From an uncultured Alphaproteobacteria bacterium (GTDB taxonomy: Bacteria > Pseudomonadota > Alphaproteobacteria > Rhizobiales > Methyloligellaceae): a stretch of DNA of 64,000 nt. This document shows, piece after piece, positions 16,570 through 30,128 of the stretch. The DNA is taken from contig CAWFNK010000026.1 in assembly GCA_963817175.1 (NCBI GenBank), forward strand, positions 6,793-70,792, read 5' to 3'. Position numbers and translations under genes: made by a program. The notes under the pieces were generated by a model, which saw nothing but the letters and a program-made list of their open reading frames with translations, made no database searches and had not been told where the DNA came from. The first letter of the stretch is position 1, and every line of letters begins with the position of its first letter.

Positions 16570-17970
16570 TCAGGCGACCGGCTCGGGGCTTTGCGCCGTT
16601 TTCTGGAAGGCGTGCTCGAATTTCGCCCGCGGCCAGCTCACCGTGACCACGGCGCCGCCTTGCGGCGACGGCCGGTTGGCGAGCTCGAGCGTGGCGCCGG
16701 ATCGCTCCAGCAGCGTCTTGGCGATGAAGAAGCCGAGCCCCATGCCGATATGCTCGTCGGCCGGTTCCCGCTGCTCGCTTTGCGCAGGGCGCGTGGTGAC
16801 GAACGGCTCGCCGAGCTGCTCCAGCACATGCGGCGGGAAGCCGTCGCCGTCGTCGGCGATGACGATGGTCACCTCGTCCTTGGACCAGCGCGCCTCGACC
16901 TCGACCTTGGTCGCGGCGAAGTCGATGGCGTTCTCCACCAGATTGCCGAGGCCATAGAGCATGCCGGGGTTACGCTCGGTCACCGGCTCCGGCATCGAAC
17001 TGCGTGGCGCTCCCTTTTCCACCGGTCCGGTCTTCACCTCGATCGGCACGGCGACCAGGCGATGCGGCGCCACCACCTCCTCGATCAGATGGCTCAAGGG
17101 CAGCCGCGACACGATGAGATCCTGTTGCTCGCCGCCGCCGGCAAGCTCGGCGAGGATGTGGCGGCAGCGCTCGGCCTGCGCGCGCAGCAGCAGCAGATCC
17201 TCGTAATGCTTGTCGCTCGGCTTGGCGTCGCGCATCAGCTCCTTGGTCACCACGGCGATGGTCGCGAGCGGCGTGCCGAGGCCATGCGCGGCGGCCGCGG
17301 CCAGTCCGTCGAGCGCCGAGAGCTTCTGCTCGCGCGCCAGCACCATCTCGGCGGCGGCGAGCGCCTTGGCCATGCGCCGCGCCTCCTCGGCGGTGCGCCA
17401 GGAATAGAAACCGATGAACAGGATGCCGGAGACGACCGCCGCCCACACGCCCATCACGTAAGGGAAGGGGAGCAAGAGGTTGGCGTGGTGGAACCAGGGC
17501 AGCGGATGGTGGAACTTGGTCAGCAGCGTCGCGGCGATGATGGCGAGCGCGCCGAGCGCGGCGGTGATGCGCAGCGGCAGCGTCGAGGCCGACACCGTGA
17601 CCGGCGCGATCAGGAGAAAGGCGAACGGGTTCTCCAGCCCGCCGGTGAGATAGAGCAGCGCCGCGAGCTGGAGGACGTCATAGGCCAGCATGATGAAGGC
17701 GTAGTGGCTGCGTAAGCGCTGGCTCGCCGGATAGCGGATGCGCAGCGCGACATTGATCCAAGCCGACAGCGCGATGATGGCGAGGCAGCCGCCGATCGGC
17801 AGATCGATGCCGAGCACCCAATAGGCGCCGATCACCGTGATGGTTTGCCCGAGCACGGCGAGCCAGCGCAGCCGCACGATGGTCTGCAAACGGACCCGGC
17901 TTTCGCCTTGCCGGAGCCAGTCGGGCACGGCGGCGCGGCGGACGGTTTGACTATTGTCGAGGGCGGCCAT
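16570..17970 (-). CDS. regB: RegB/PrrB/ActS sensor histidine kinase
   Basis: LRWLAVLGQ, quinone-binding GGLENPF, H-box AAAAH(G)LGTPL, redox Cys in AERCRHIL, GMGLGFFIAKTLLERSGA. Confidence 0.94.
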   Translation of the reverse strand: MAALDNSQTVRRAAVPDWLRQGESRVRLQTIVRLRWLAVLGQTITVIGAYWVLGIDLPIGGCLAIIALSAWINVALRIRYPASQRLRSHYAFIMLAYDVLQLAALLYLTGGLENPFAFLLIAPVTVSASTLPLRITAALGALAIIAATLLTKFHHPLPWFHHANLLLPFPYVMGVWAAVVSGILFIGFYSWRTAEEARRMAKALAAAEMVLAREQKLSALDGLAAAAAHGLGTPLATIAVVTKELMRDAKPSDKHYEDLLLLRAQAERCRHILAELAGGGEQQDLIVSRLPLSHLIEEVVAPHRLVAVPIEVKTGPVEKGAPRSSMPEPVTERNPGMLYGLGNLVENAIDFAATKVEVEARWSKDEVTIVIADDGDGFPPHVLEQLGEPFVTTRPAQSEQREPADEHIGMGLGFFIAKTLLERSGATLELANRPSPQGGAVVTVSWPRAKFEHAFQKTAQSPEPVA

Positions 17971-18033
17971 AGGTGAAGTCTAGCATGGCGATACCAGTCA
18001 TAATTCCGACAAAGCGGATGCTTTAGCGAAGCT

Positions 18034-18879
18034 ATGGATGAGAGAGTAAATAGTGCAAGCGCCGCTTCGCGCTCAAGCGTCGCAGAGGGGCGCGCCGAGG
18101 GAGCCGTGCCCGTGGCGGTGCGTGACCTGACCAAGGCCTACGGCGCCGTGACCGCGGTCGACCATATCAGCTTCAGCCTCGCTCAAGCCACCACGGTGGC
18201 TCTGCTTGGCGGCAACGGCGCCGGCAAGACCACCACCATCGCCATGCTGCTCGGCCTCGTGGTGCCAAGCTCGGGCGAGGTGAGGGTGTTCGGCGCCGAT
18301 ATGAGCCGCGATCGAACCGCGGTCGCGCATCGGCTGAATTTCCAAAGCCCCTATGTCGATCTCCCGGCGCGGCTCACCGTGCGGCAGAACCTGACGGTCT
18401 ATGCCGGGCTTTACGGCATCGGCAACGTGGCCGAGCGCATCGCCTATATCGCGCAAGATTTGCAGATCGAGGAGTTGCTCGATCGCGCGACCGGCAAATT
18501 GTCGGCCGGCCAGAAGACCCGCGTCGGCCTTGCCAAGGCGCTGCTCAACGCGCCCGAACTGCTCCTGCTCGATGAGCCGACCGCCTCGCTCGACCCCGAC
18601 ACCGCCGACTGGATCAGGCGGAAGCTGAAGCAATACGCCAAGGCCCGAGGCGCGACGCTGCTGTTTGCCTCGCACAACATGGCCGAGGTCGAGCGGCTTG
18701 CCGACCGCGTCATCCTGCTCGATGCCGGCCGCATCATCGAGGACGGCACCCCGGCCGATCTGATCGCGACCTATGGCAAGCTGACGCTGGAGGAGGTGTT
18801 TCTCGACGTGGTGCGCGGGCGCGTCAGGGCAGCCGCTGGAAAGGCCGGAGGACGAGGCGTTGCCGGCACGGAAAGCGTC
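18034..18879 (+). CDS. ABC transporter ATP-binding subunit (reads through in frame into the permease as assembled)
   Basis: Walker A GGNGAGKTT, LSAGQ signature, LLLDEPT. Confidence 0.9.
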
Positions 18880-19737
18880 ATGAGCACGGTGACCGCGACC
18901 AAAGGCGGCGCCGAGCCGATATTGCTGCCGCAGACGGGAGTCGGCGCTTCGCTCCGCCGCATCTTCGCGTTGGTGAAGCGCTACATCTATCTGCTGCGCA
19001 GCTCCGGCGTGCGGCTGGTCGAGCTGATCTATTGGCCGTTCCTACAGATGCTGACCTGGGGCTTCCTTCAGAAATATCTGGCCGGAACCACGAGCCCGCT
19101 GGCGCAGGCCGCCGGCGTCCTGATCGGCTCGGTGCTGCTCTGGGATATTCTGTTCCGCTCCAAGATCGGCTTCTCCACCACCTTCATCGAGGAGATGTGG
19201 TCGCGCAATCTCGGCAATCTGCTGACGAGCCCGTTGCGGCCTTACGAGCTGGTGGCGGCGTTAAGCGTGTGGAGCGTGATCCGGCTCGGCGTCAGCATGG
19301 TGCCGGTCGCCATCGCCGCCTATTTCATCTTCGGCTTCAACCTGCTCGATCTGGGCTTGCCGCTGGTCGCCTTCTTCGCCGTGCTGGTGCTGACCAGCTG
19401 GTCGCTCGGGCTGATCTCGGCGGGCGTGATCCTTCGCTACGGGCTCGGCGCCGAGGAGCTGGCCTGGTCGCTGGCCTTTCTGCTGCTGCCGCTATGCTGC
19501 GTCTATTATCCGGTCTCGGTGCTGCCGGATTGGTTGCAATGGGTTGCCTTGGCGCTGCCGCCGACGCATGTGTTCGAAGGCATGCGCTCGATCCTTCTGC
19601 ACAATACCTTCGACGTGAAAGAGCTGTGGTGGGCGGCCGGACTTAACGTGGTCTACCTTGTCGCGGGCTACCTGACCTTCAGCTGGTTCCTTGGCAGCGC
19701 GCGCGAGAACGGCACGCTGGTTCAATTGGGTGAATAG
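18880..19737 (+). CDS. ABC-2 type transporter permease
   Basis: Six hydrophobic segments, EEMWSRNLGNL, YYPVSVLPDWLQ...PPTHVFEGMR. Confidence 0.9.
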   Translation: MSTVTATKGGAEPILLPQTGVGASLRRIFALVKRYIYLLRSSGVRLVELIYWPFLQMLTWGFLQKYLAGTTSPLAQAAGVLIGSVLLWDILFRSKIGFSTTFIEEMWSRNLGNLLTSPLRPYELVAALSVWSVIRLGVSMVPVAIAAYFIFGFNLLDLGLPLVAFFAVLVLTSWSLGLISAGVILRYGLGAEELAWSLAFLLLPLCCVYYPVSVLPDWLQWVALALPPTHVFEGMRSILLHNTFDVKELWWAAGLNVVYLVAGYLTFSWFLGSARENGTLVQLGE

Positions 19738-20340
19738 ATGCGCGGCCGCCTCCTGACCGTGGTTATTGCCGGGTTTCTCATTGGGGCGCTCGGCGGCGCC
19801 GCGCTGCTGGTGCTGAGCCAAGGCGCGCAAGGGCCGGCCGTGCAGAGCAGCGGCAAGGCGCTGATCGGCGGGCCCTTCACCCTCGTCGATCAGACCGGAA
19901 AGACCGTCACCGATCAGGATTTCCGCGGACGCCATATGCTGGTGTTCTTCGGCTTCACCCATTGCCCGGATATCTGCCCGGCCGAGCTTCAGGTGATGTC
20001 GGCGAGCCTGGATGAGCTTGGACCCAAGGCCGACCAGGTCGTCCCCATCTTTATTACCCTCGATCCGGAGCGCGATACGCAGGCGGCGATGGGTGCGTAT
20101 GTGAAGAATTTCGGTCCGCGCTTTGTCGGTCTCACCGGCTCTCCGGAGCAGATCGCTGCCGCCGCCAAGGCTTATCGCGTCGCCTACTCAAAGTTTCAAC
20201 AGGACAAGGCAAGCAGCGACTACAGTATCGACCACTCGGCGCTTGTCTATTTAATGGGCAAGGACGGCGAATACATTACGCATTTTGCCTATGGAACGCC
20301 CGCCGCCAAAATGACCGAGACCTTGCGCCGCTACCTTTAG
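19738..20340 (+). CDS. senC: SCO/SenC copper chaperone
   Basis: N-terminal TM, FGFTHCPDICP (CxxxC), DPERDT, YSIDHS; near regAB. Confidence 0.92.
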   Translation: MRGRLLTVVIAGFLIGALGGAALLVLSQGAQGPAVQSSGKALIGGPFTLVDQTGKTVTDQDFRGRHMLVFFGFTHCPDICPAELQVMSASLDELGPKADQVVPIFITLDPERDTQAAMGAYVKNFGPRFVGLTGSPEQIAAAAKAYRVAYSKFQQDKASSDYSIDHSALVYLMGKDGEYITHFAYGTPAAKMTETLRRYL

Positions 20341-20374
20341 CCGCGCGGCTGATCGGCCACACTGAAATGTCATC

Positions 20375-20387
20375 GTTGCGCCGCAAC
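20375..20387. promoter_or_regulatory. PhaR-type operator (TGC-N3-GCA palindrome) upstream of phaZ
   Basis: GTTGCGCCGCAAC 64 nt upstream of the PHB depolymerase start. Confidence 0.55.
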
Positions 20388-20450
20388 ATAGAATCATCAT
20401 TTGATTCCGCGATGCAGCATCTATGATGAGTCAGCGAGAGAGGTCGAGGC

Positions 20451-21723
20451 ATGCTTTATCACCTATACGAGCTGAACCAGGCCGCCTTGAGCCCTGCCCG
20501 GGCCGCGGCGGATGCATGCCGGCTGCTGTTCCGCAATCCGCTCAACCCGGCCTCTTACACGACGCTTGGCCGGAGCGCCGCCGCCGCGCTCGAGCTGTTC
20601 GAGCGCACCACGCGGCGGTATCGGCGGCCCGTGTGGGGCATCGACGCGACCGAGGTTAAGGGCCGCAAGGTCACCGTCAGGGAGCGCACCCTGATCGCCA
20701 AGCCGTTCTGCAATCTCGTTCATTTCGAGCGCGAATTCTCGCGCTGGCGCCTCCATGAAGACCCCAAGGTCCTGGTGGTGGCGCCCATGGCCGGGCATTT
20801 CTCCACCCTGCTGCGCGGGACGGTGCGCGATCTCCTTCCCGACTACGACGTCTATGTCACCGAGTGGCATGACGCCCGCTTCGTGCCGCGCGCCGCCGGC
20901 GATTTCGACCTCGACGACTATATCGACTACATCACTGAATTCGTTCAGTTTTTTGGAGGGGACGTGCACGTGATGGCGGTCTGTCAGCCGACCGTCCCCG
21001 TGTTCGCGGCGGTCGCCCTGATGGAGGCCGCGAACGATGCGGCCGTGCCTCGCTCGATGATCCTCATGGCCGGCCCGATCGATGCGCGGGAAAGCCCGAC
21101 GGCGGTCAACCGCTTCGCCGAGGCCAAGTCCATGGACTGGTTCCGCCGCAATGTCATCACCCAGGTTCCCTGGCCTTACCCCGGCGTGATGCGCAACGTC
21201 TATCCAGGCTTTCTCCAGCTCAGCGGCTTCATGGGCATGAATTTCGACCGCCACGTCACGGCACATCGCGAGCTGTTCCATAATCTGATCAGGGGAGACG
21301 GCGATTCCGCCGACAAGCATCGCGAGTTCTACGACGAGTTTCTCGCCGTGATGGACCTGTCCGCCGAGTATTACCTGCAGACGATCGAGACGGTCTTTCT
21401 CGAGCACCGGCTGCCCAAGGGCACGATGGTGCACCGCAACCGGTTGGTGGACCCAAGCAAGATCCAAAACGTGGCGCTGATGACCGTCGAAGGCGAGAAG
21501 GACGACATCTCTGGGATCGGTCAAACATTTGCTGCACAAATTTTGTGCACTAACCTTGCCGACAGCAAGCGCGACCACCATCTCCAGCCCGGTGTCGGCC
21601 ATTATGGCGTGTTCAACGGCTCCCGATTTCAGGGCCGAAATCGCGCCGAAAATCCGCAATTTCATAACCAAAAATCAGCGCCGTAGGGGGTTGCTGGCGA
21701 GAGCCTTCGGCCGCACTGCCTAA
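20451..21723 (+). CDS. phaZ: Intracellular polyhydroxyalkanoate depolymerase (frameshift at ~21628 near the C-terminus)
   Basis: MLYHLYE start, APMAGHFSTLLRGTV, AVCQP catalytic Cys, TVEGEKDDISG, GHYGVFNGSRF. The corrected frame ends RAEIAPKIRNFI...TA* at 21723. Confidence 0.93.
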
Positions 21724-21807
21724 AGCAGAGGCGCGCGCTCCCTCAAAAGCCTGTGCTACTGTGTTGGCCGCCGATTCGTGGGCCCGACGGCAGTAGGGAG
21801 CGTAACC

Positions 21808-22650
21808 ATGCTTAAGCGCCTCAATCTCGGGCGTGGCGAGACCATCGAGGTCAAGATCCGCGGCCTCAATATCCCCATGGTGCTGCGACGGAGCGCGCGG
21901 GCGCGACGGTTCAGCCTGCAAGTCAGCGAAGCACGCCGGGGCGCCGTGCTGACCATGCCGCTTTATTCGAGCTTCGCCGACGCCGACGAGTTCCTCTCGC
22001 GCCATCTCGATTGGCTGAAGGCGCGCGTCGCCGGCCTGTCGGAGCCCGTGCCCTTCACCCATGGCGCCGTCGTGCCGCTGCGTGGCTATGCGCATGTGCT
22101 GCGCTTCGCGGGGTCCGTGCGCAAGCGAGGCGTGGTGTGGATCGAGGCCGCCGAGGATGCGATCGCCGCTCCCGCCTGGCCTGAAGGCGCGCGCGTCGGC
22201 ATGCGACGGATACCGCGCCTCTTTGTGACGGGCGAGGAGGAGCACGCGCCGCGCCGGCTGCTCGACTGGTTGAAGCGCCAGGCGCATCTCGATCTCAAGA
22301 CGCGCGTGGCTGTCCATGCCAAGCGTCTCGATCTGACGCCGAAGCGGCTGTACGTGCGCGACCAGACCACGCGCTGGGGCTCGTGCTCGACCTCAGGCGC
22401 GCTGTCCTTCTCCTGGCGGCTCGTGCTGGCTCCGCCTTTGGTGCTGGATTATCTCGCCGCGCACGAGGTCGCCCATCTCGGGCAAATGAATCACGGGCCG
22501 CGTTTCTGGGCGCTGGTCGAGCGCAGCATGCCGCGTCACGAGGAGGCGCGCAGCTGGCTGAGGAAACATGGCGCGAGTCTGCATCGCTATGGCGCCGGCG
22601 ACATGCCGCACGCCTCGACCGGCACCTCGCCGAAGCGCAGCATCGAGTAG
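21808..22650 (+). CDS. M48/YgjP-like (DUF45) metal-dependent hydrolase
   Basis: RDQTTRWGSCS, FSWRL, YLAAHEVAHL (HExxH), NHGPRFW. Confidence 0.9.
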   Translation: MLKRLNLGRGETIEVKIRGLNIPMVLRRSARARRFSLQVSEARRGAVLTMPLYSSFADADEFLSRHLDWLKARVAGLSEPVPFTHGAVVPLRGYAHVLRFAGSVRKRGVVWIEAAEDAIAAPAWPEGARVGMRRIPRLFVTGEEEHAPRRLLDWLKRQAHLDLKTRVAVHAKRLDLTPKRLYVRDQTTRWGSCSTSGALSFSWRLVLAPPLVLDYLAAHEVAHLGQMNHGPRFWALVERSMPRHEEARSWLRKHGASLHRYGAGDMPHASTGTSPKRSIE

Positions 22651-22663
22651 CGCGAGAGCGGAT

Positions 22664-24688
22664 CTACTGCCCGGCAAGAATGCCGAACACGCGGCGGAAC
22701 AACGGCGCGTCGTCGTTGGCTGGCGCCGCGTTTGGCAGCCGCGCGATCGCGTCGAGCCGCGGCGCGCGCGTTCCCGGCAGCGGCAGGGCCGTCTTGTCGC
22801 GATGCGCGTAAGCCATGATCTCGTGCCATAGCTTGGCCGGCAGCGTCCCGCCCGTGACCTTCTTCATGCGCTTGCTGTTGTCGTTGCCGACCCACACCCC
22901 GCCGACGTAATGCGCCGTGTAGCCGACGAACCAGGCGTCGCGGAAGCTCTGCGTCGTCCCGGTCTTGCCGGCGGCGATCTGGCCTTCGATCGCGGCCTGC
23001 TTGCCGGTGCCGCGCGCCACGGTGGCGTACATCATGTCGTTCATGCCGCCGACATATTGCAGCGCCACCACCTGGCCGATGGTCGAGCGCTGGCGCTCGT
23101 AGAGTACCTTGCCGTCGCCGTTGCGCACGCGGGTGATGATATGCGGCAGCACGCCCTGGCCGCCATTGGCGAAGGGTGCATAGGCCCCGGTCAGCTCGAG
23201 CAGCGTGACCTCGGCGGTGCCGAGCGCGATCGATGGCGAGTCATGCAGCTTGGATTGGATGCCGAGCCGCCGCGCCGTGCGCACCACCCGCCACGGGCCG
23301 ACTTCCGCCGCGAGCCGGGCCGCCACAGTGTTGATCGATTGCGCCAGCGCATCGCGCAGGCTGATCTCGCCCTGATAGATGCCGGTATAGTTCCGCGGCG
23401 ACCAGCCGGCGACCGTGGTCGGGCCGTCATAGGCGACGGAATCCGGCGTATAGCCGCTTTCGAGCGCGGCCAAATAGACGAAGGGCTTGAACGCCGAGCC
23501 GGGCTGGCGGAGCGCTTTCAGCGCGCGGTCGAATGGGCTCGTCGAATAGGAACGGCCGCCGACCAGCGCCTTCACGCCTCCCAAAGGATCGAGCACCACC
23601 ACGGCGCCTTCGCCGGCATCGACATCGGCGCCCTCTTCGTCGAGGAGATGGCGCAGCGCCTGCTGCGAGACGCGCTGTAGGGCGGCATCGATGGTGGTCT
23701 CGACGATCAGATCGCCGTCCTGCTCGCCGACGAACTCGGGCAGCAGCTCGGCCACGAAGTCTACCGGGTAGGGATAGCCGGTATCGTCGCCCTTGGCGGA
23801 AAGTCTGAGCGGCTGCTGGCTGGCGTTGCGCGCCTGCTCCGGCGAGAGGAAACCCGCCTCGACCATGTTGTCGAGCACCTCGTCGGCGCGCGCGTTGGCG
23901 GCCTTGACGCTGCGGGTCGGCGCGTAGCGCGACGGCGCCTTCAGCAGGCCTGCGAGCAGCGCCGCTTGCGACAGCGTGACGAAGCGCGACGACTTGCCGA
24001 AATAGCGGCGCGAGGCGGCCTCCACCCCGTAGGTGCCGCCGCCGAAATAGACCCGGTTCAGATACAGCTCGAGGATCTCGTCCTTGGAGAAGCGCTGCTC
24101 CAGCCAGACCGCATAGACGACCTCCTCCAGCTTGCGCGTGATGGTGCGCTTGGGGCTGAGGAACAGATTCTTGGCGAGCTGTTGGGTGATGGTCGAGCCG
24201 CCCTCGACCACGCTGCCGGCAGAGGCGTTGCGGAACGAGGCGCGCACCAGCCCGAGCGGATCGATGCCGAAATGCGCGTAGAAGCGGCGGTCCTCGGTCG
24301 AGAGCACGGCCTGCACCAGATAAGGCGGCAGCATGTCGAGCCTGACATGGCCGCGGCGCAAGCCCCGCTCGGCGAGCACGGTGCCGTCCTGGGCGAGGAT
24401 GGTGACGTTGGGCGGCCGGTCGTCCAGCGCGGCGATGACGGGGTCGGGGACGCGGGCGATGAAATAGATCACCGCCGCGCCGAGCACGATGATGCCCCAG
24501 ATGGAAGCGAGCAGGGAAAAGCGGATGCCGCGATAAAGCCAGGGATGCCGCAGCGTCCAGCGCTTCAGGCTCGACGGGCGGCGCCGTTTGCTTGGGCGCC
24601 GCGGCGCCCCGCGCCGCGCGCCGAAATTCGGCTCGCTGCGGCGATGCAGTTTGGCGCTGGGCCTCGCGCTCCGCCGCGCGCCTTGCAT
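22664..24688 (-). CDS. Class A penicillin-binding protein (PBP1A family)
   Basis: Transglycosylase motifs EDRRF, GGSTITQQLAKN, RKLEE; transpeptidase motifs SAFK, SIN, KTG. Confidence 0.95.
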   Translation of the reverse strand: MQGARRSARPSAKLHRRSEPNFGARRGAPRRPSKRRRPSSLKRWTLRHPWLYRGIRFSLLASIWGIIVLGAAVIYFIARVPDPVIAALDDRPPNVTILAQDGTVLAERGLRRGHVRLDMLPPYLVQAVLSTEDRRFYAHFGIDPLGLVRASFRNASAGSVVEGGSTITQQLAKNLFLSPKRTITRKLEEVVYAVWLEQRFSKDEILELYLNRVYFGGGTYGVEAASRRYFGKSSRFVTLSQAALLAGLLKAPSRYAPTRSVKAANARADEVLDNMVEAGFLSPEQARNASQQPLRLSAKGDDTGYPYPVDFVAELLPEFVGEQDGDLIVETTIDAALQRVSQQALRHLLDEEGADVDAGEGAVVVLDPLGGVKALVGGRSYSTSPFDRALKALRQPGSAFKPFVYLAALESGYTPDSVAYDGPTTVAGWSPRNYTGIYQGEISLRDALAQSINTVAARLAAEVGPWRVVRTARRLGIQSKLHDSPSIALGTAEVTLLELTGAYAPFANGGQGVLPHIITRVRNGDGKVLYERQRSTIGQVVALQYVGGMNDMMYATVARGTGKQAAIEGQIAAGKTGTTQSFRDAWFVGYTAHYVGGVWVGNDNSKRMKKVTGGTLPAKLWHEIMAYAHRDKTALPLPGTRAPRLDAIARLPNAAPANDDAPLFRRVFGILAGQ

Positions 24689-24744
24689 GGTGTCCCGCCC
24701 TTCCTGGCAAGCCAAGGCGAGGCGCGCCTTCCCCAGGATGGGCG

Positions 24745-25101
24745 TCAGGCGAACCTCGTAAGGTCCAGGTTAGGCGTTCCGGATTGACACAGCGTTAAAG
24801 GATTGAGGCACCAGGCGGCCGCGCCAACATGGGAGGCAAGCGGAACCGCAGCCACGACCGCCCTGGCGGCAAGGGACGCGAACTCGCTATCGGCTTGAAG
24901 AACGTCGAGGCTGCGCGGGCGCGGAAAGGGCGTTCCGGTCAACTGCTCCCAGTCCTCTGCGGCGAACGCCAGCGCTTCGGCGGCCTCGGAGAGCGCGGCA
25001 TCGAGACTGTCTGCGGCGGCGACGACACCCGGCAGGTCGGGGAACGAGATCCCATAAATCGATCCCGGCTCTTTATGGATGATGGCGATGTAATGCAGCA
25101 C
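24745..25101 (-). CDS. HicB-like antitoxin domain protein (no adjacent HicA)
   Basis: MLHYIAIIHKEPGSIYGISFPDLPGVVAAADSLDAALSEAAEAL...FPRPRSL; GGAGG RBS. 3' end uncertain. Confidence 0.85.
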   Translation of the reverse strand: MLHYIAIIHKEPGSIYGISFPDLPGVVAAADSLDAALSEAAEALAFAAEDWEQLTGTPFPRPRSLDVLQADSEFASLAARAVVAAVPLASHVGAAAWCLNPLTLCQSGTPNLDLTRFA

Positions 25102-25128
25102 GCCCACCTCCAGCACCGAAAGGCCCGC

Positions 25129-28809
<3,681 letters not shown>

Positions 28810-28813
<4 letters not shown>

Positions 28814-29928
28814 ACCCGCATCGGCATGAGCACATAGAGCGCTGACGCATCCTTGCCGTCGCGCACCATGGTGGGGGAGCCGGGATCGGCGAGCTGGAAC
28901 TCGGCGGTGCCGCTCTCGAGCTGGCCCGAAATGTCGAGCAGATAGCGGGCATTGAAGCCGATCTCCAGCGGATCGAAGCCATATTCGACGGGAAGCTCCT
29001 CGGTGGCGCTGCCGCTGTCCGGATTGTTGACCGACAGCGTGAGCTTGCCGTCGGAGATGGTGAGCTTTACCGCGCGGCCCTTGTCGCTGGAGAGCGTCGA
29101 GACGCGGTCGACGGCTTGCGCGAAGGCGGCGTTGTCCACCTCCATCTTCTTGTCGTTGCCTTGCGGGATGACGCGCTCGTAATCGGGGAAGGTGCCGTCG
29201 ATCAGCTTGGAGGTGAGCACGACGCGCGCGGTGGTGACGCGGATCTTCGACGGCGACAGCTCGACGCGCACCTCGCCCTCGCCGTCCTCGACCAGCCTGG
29301 CCAGCTCGACCACGGTCTTGCGCGGCACGATCACCCCCGGCATCTCCTTGGCACCGGAGGGCAGCGGCAGCTCGACCTGGGCGAGCCTGTGCCCGTCGGT
29401 CGCCACCGCCCGCAGCATGGCCTTGCCACCGCTCTGCGTCGCATGGAGGTAGATGCCGTTCAGATAATAGCGGGTCTCCTCGGTCGAGATGGCGAAGCGC
29501 GTCTTGTCGATCAACCGCTTCAGATCGCCGGCCGACAGCGTGAAGCTGTGGCCGAGATCGTCGACGCTGAGCGCCGGGAAATCGTCGGCGGGCAAGGTCT
29601 GCAGCGAGAATTGCGCGGGGCCGGAGGTGATCGAAAGCCGTCCCTGCTCGCCGTCGCGGATCAGCTCGATCTCCGACCCTTCGGGGAGCTTGCGCACGAT
29701 GTCATGGAACATATGCGCAGGGACCGTGGTGGCGCCTTCGCCCTTGGCCTTGCAGGGCACGGTCTCGACCAGTTCCATGTCGAGATCGGTGGCGGTCAGC
29801 TTCAGCTCGTTCTTGGCCGTGCTGAGCATGACGTTGGAGAGAATGGGGATGGTGTTACGCCGCTCGACCACGCTCGCCACATGAGCGAGCGCCTTGGCAA
29901 GGCCTGGTTTGTCGATGGTGAGCCGCAT
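28810..29928 (-). CDS. dnaN: DNA polymerase III beta sliding clamp
   Basis: VERRNTIPILSNV, ISTEETRYYLNG, VATDGHRLA, KLIDGTFPDY, YVLMPMRV. Confidence 0.99.
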
Positions 29929-30128
29929 GGTGGTCGAATACCCCGAAAAATAGGTTTCCCGCCGGTGCGTAAGAGCCTGGCCGAAGCCCTTTTTTGGCTC
30001 CAGTCCAAGCCTTGGCGAAGGCGTGATGAAAGCACCCCAAGGGCTCGAACTTGACGCGCCGGAGCTGATTTTGCAAGAGCGGTGGGGGGACGCCTGGCTT
30101 GGGATCCAGCCCCCCTCCCGCCTTCCCC

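Noticed and set aside
18034-19737. 567-aa ABC ATPase-permease fusion
   Set aside because: The +1 frame after the ATPase reads GQPLERPEDEALPARKAS* and ends in an ATGA overlap with the permease start (18880). That is the usual two-gene layout, so a single extra base probably created the fusion.
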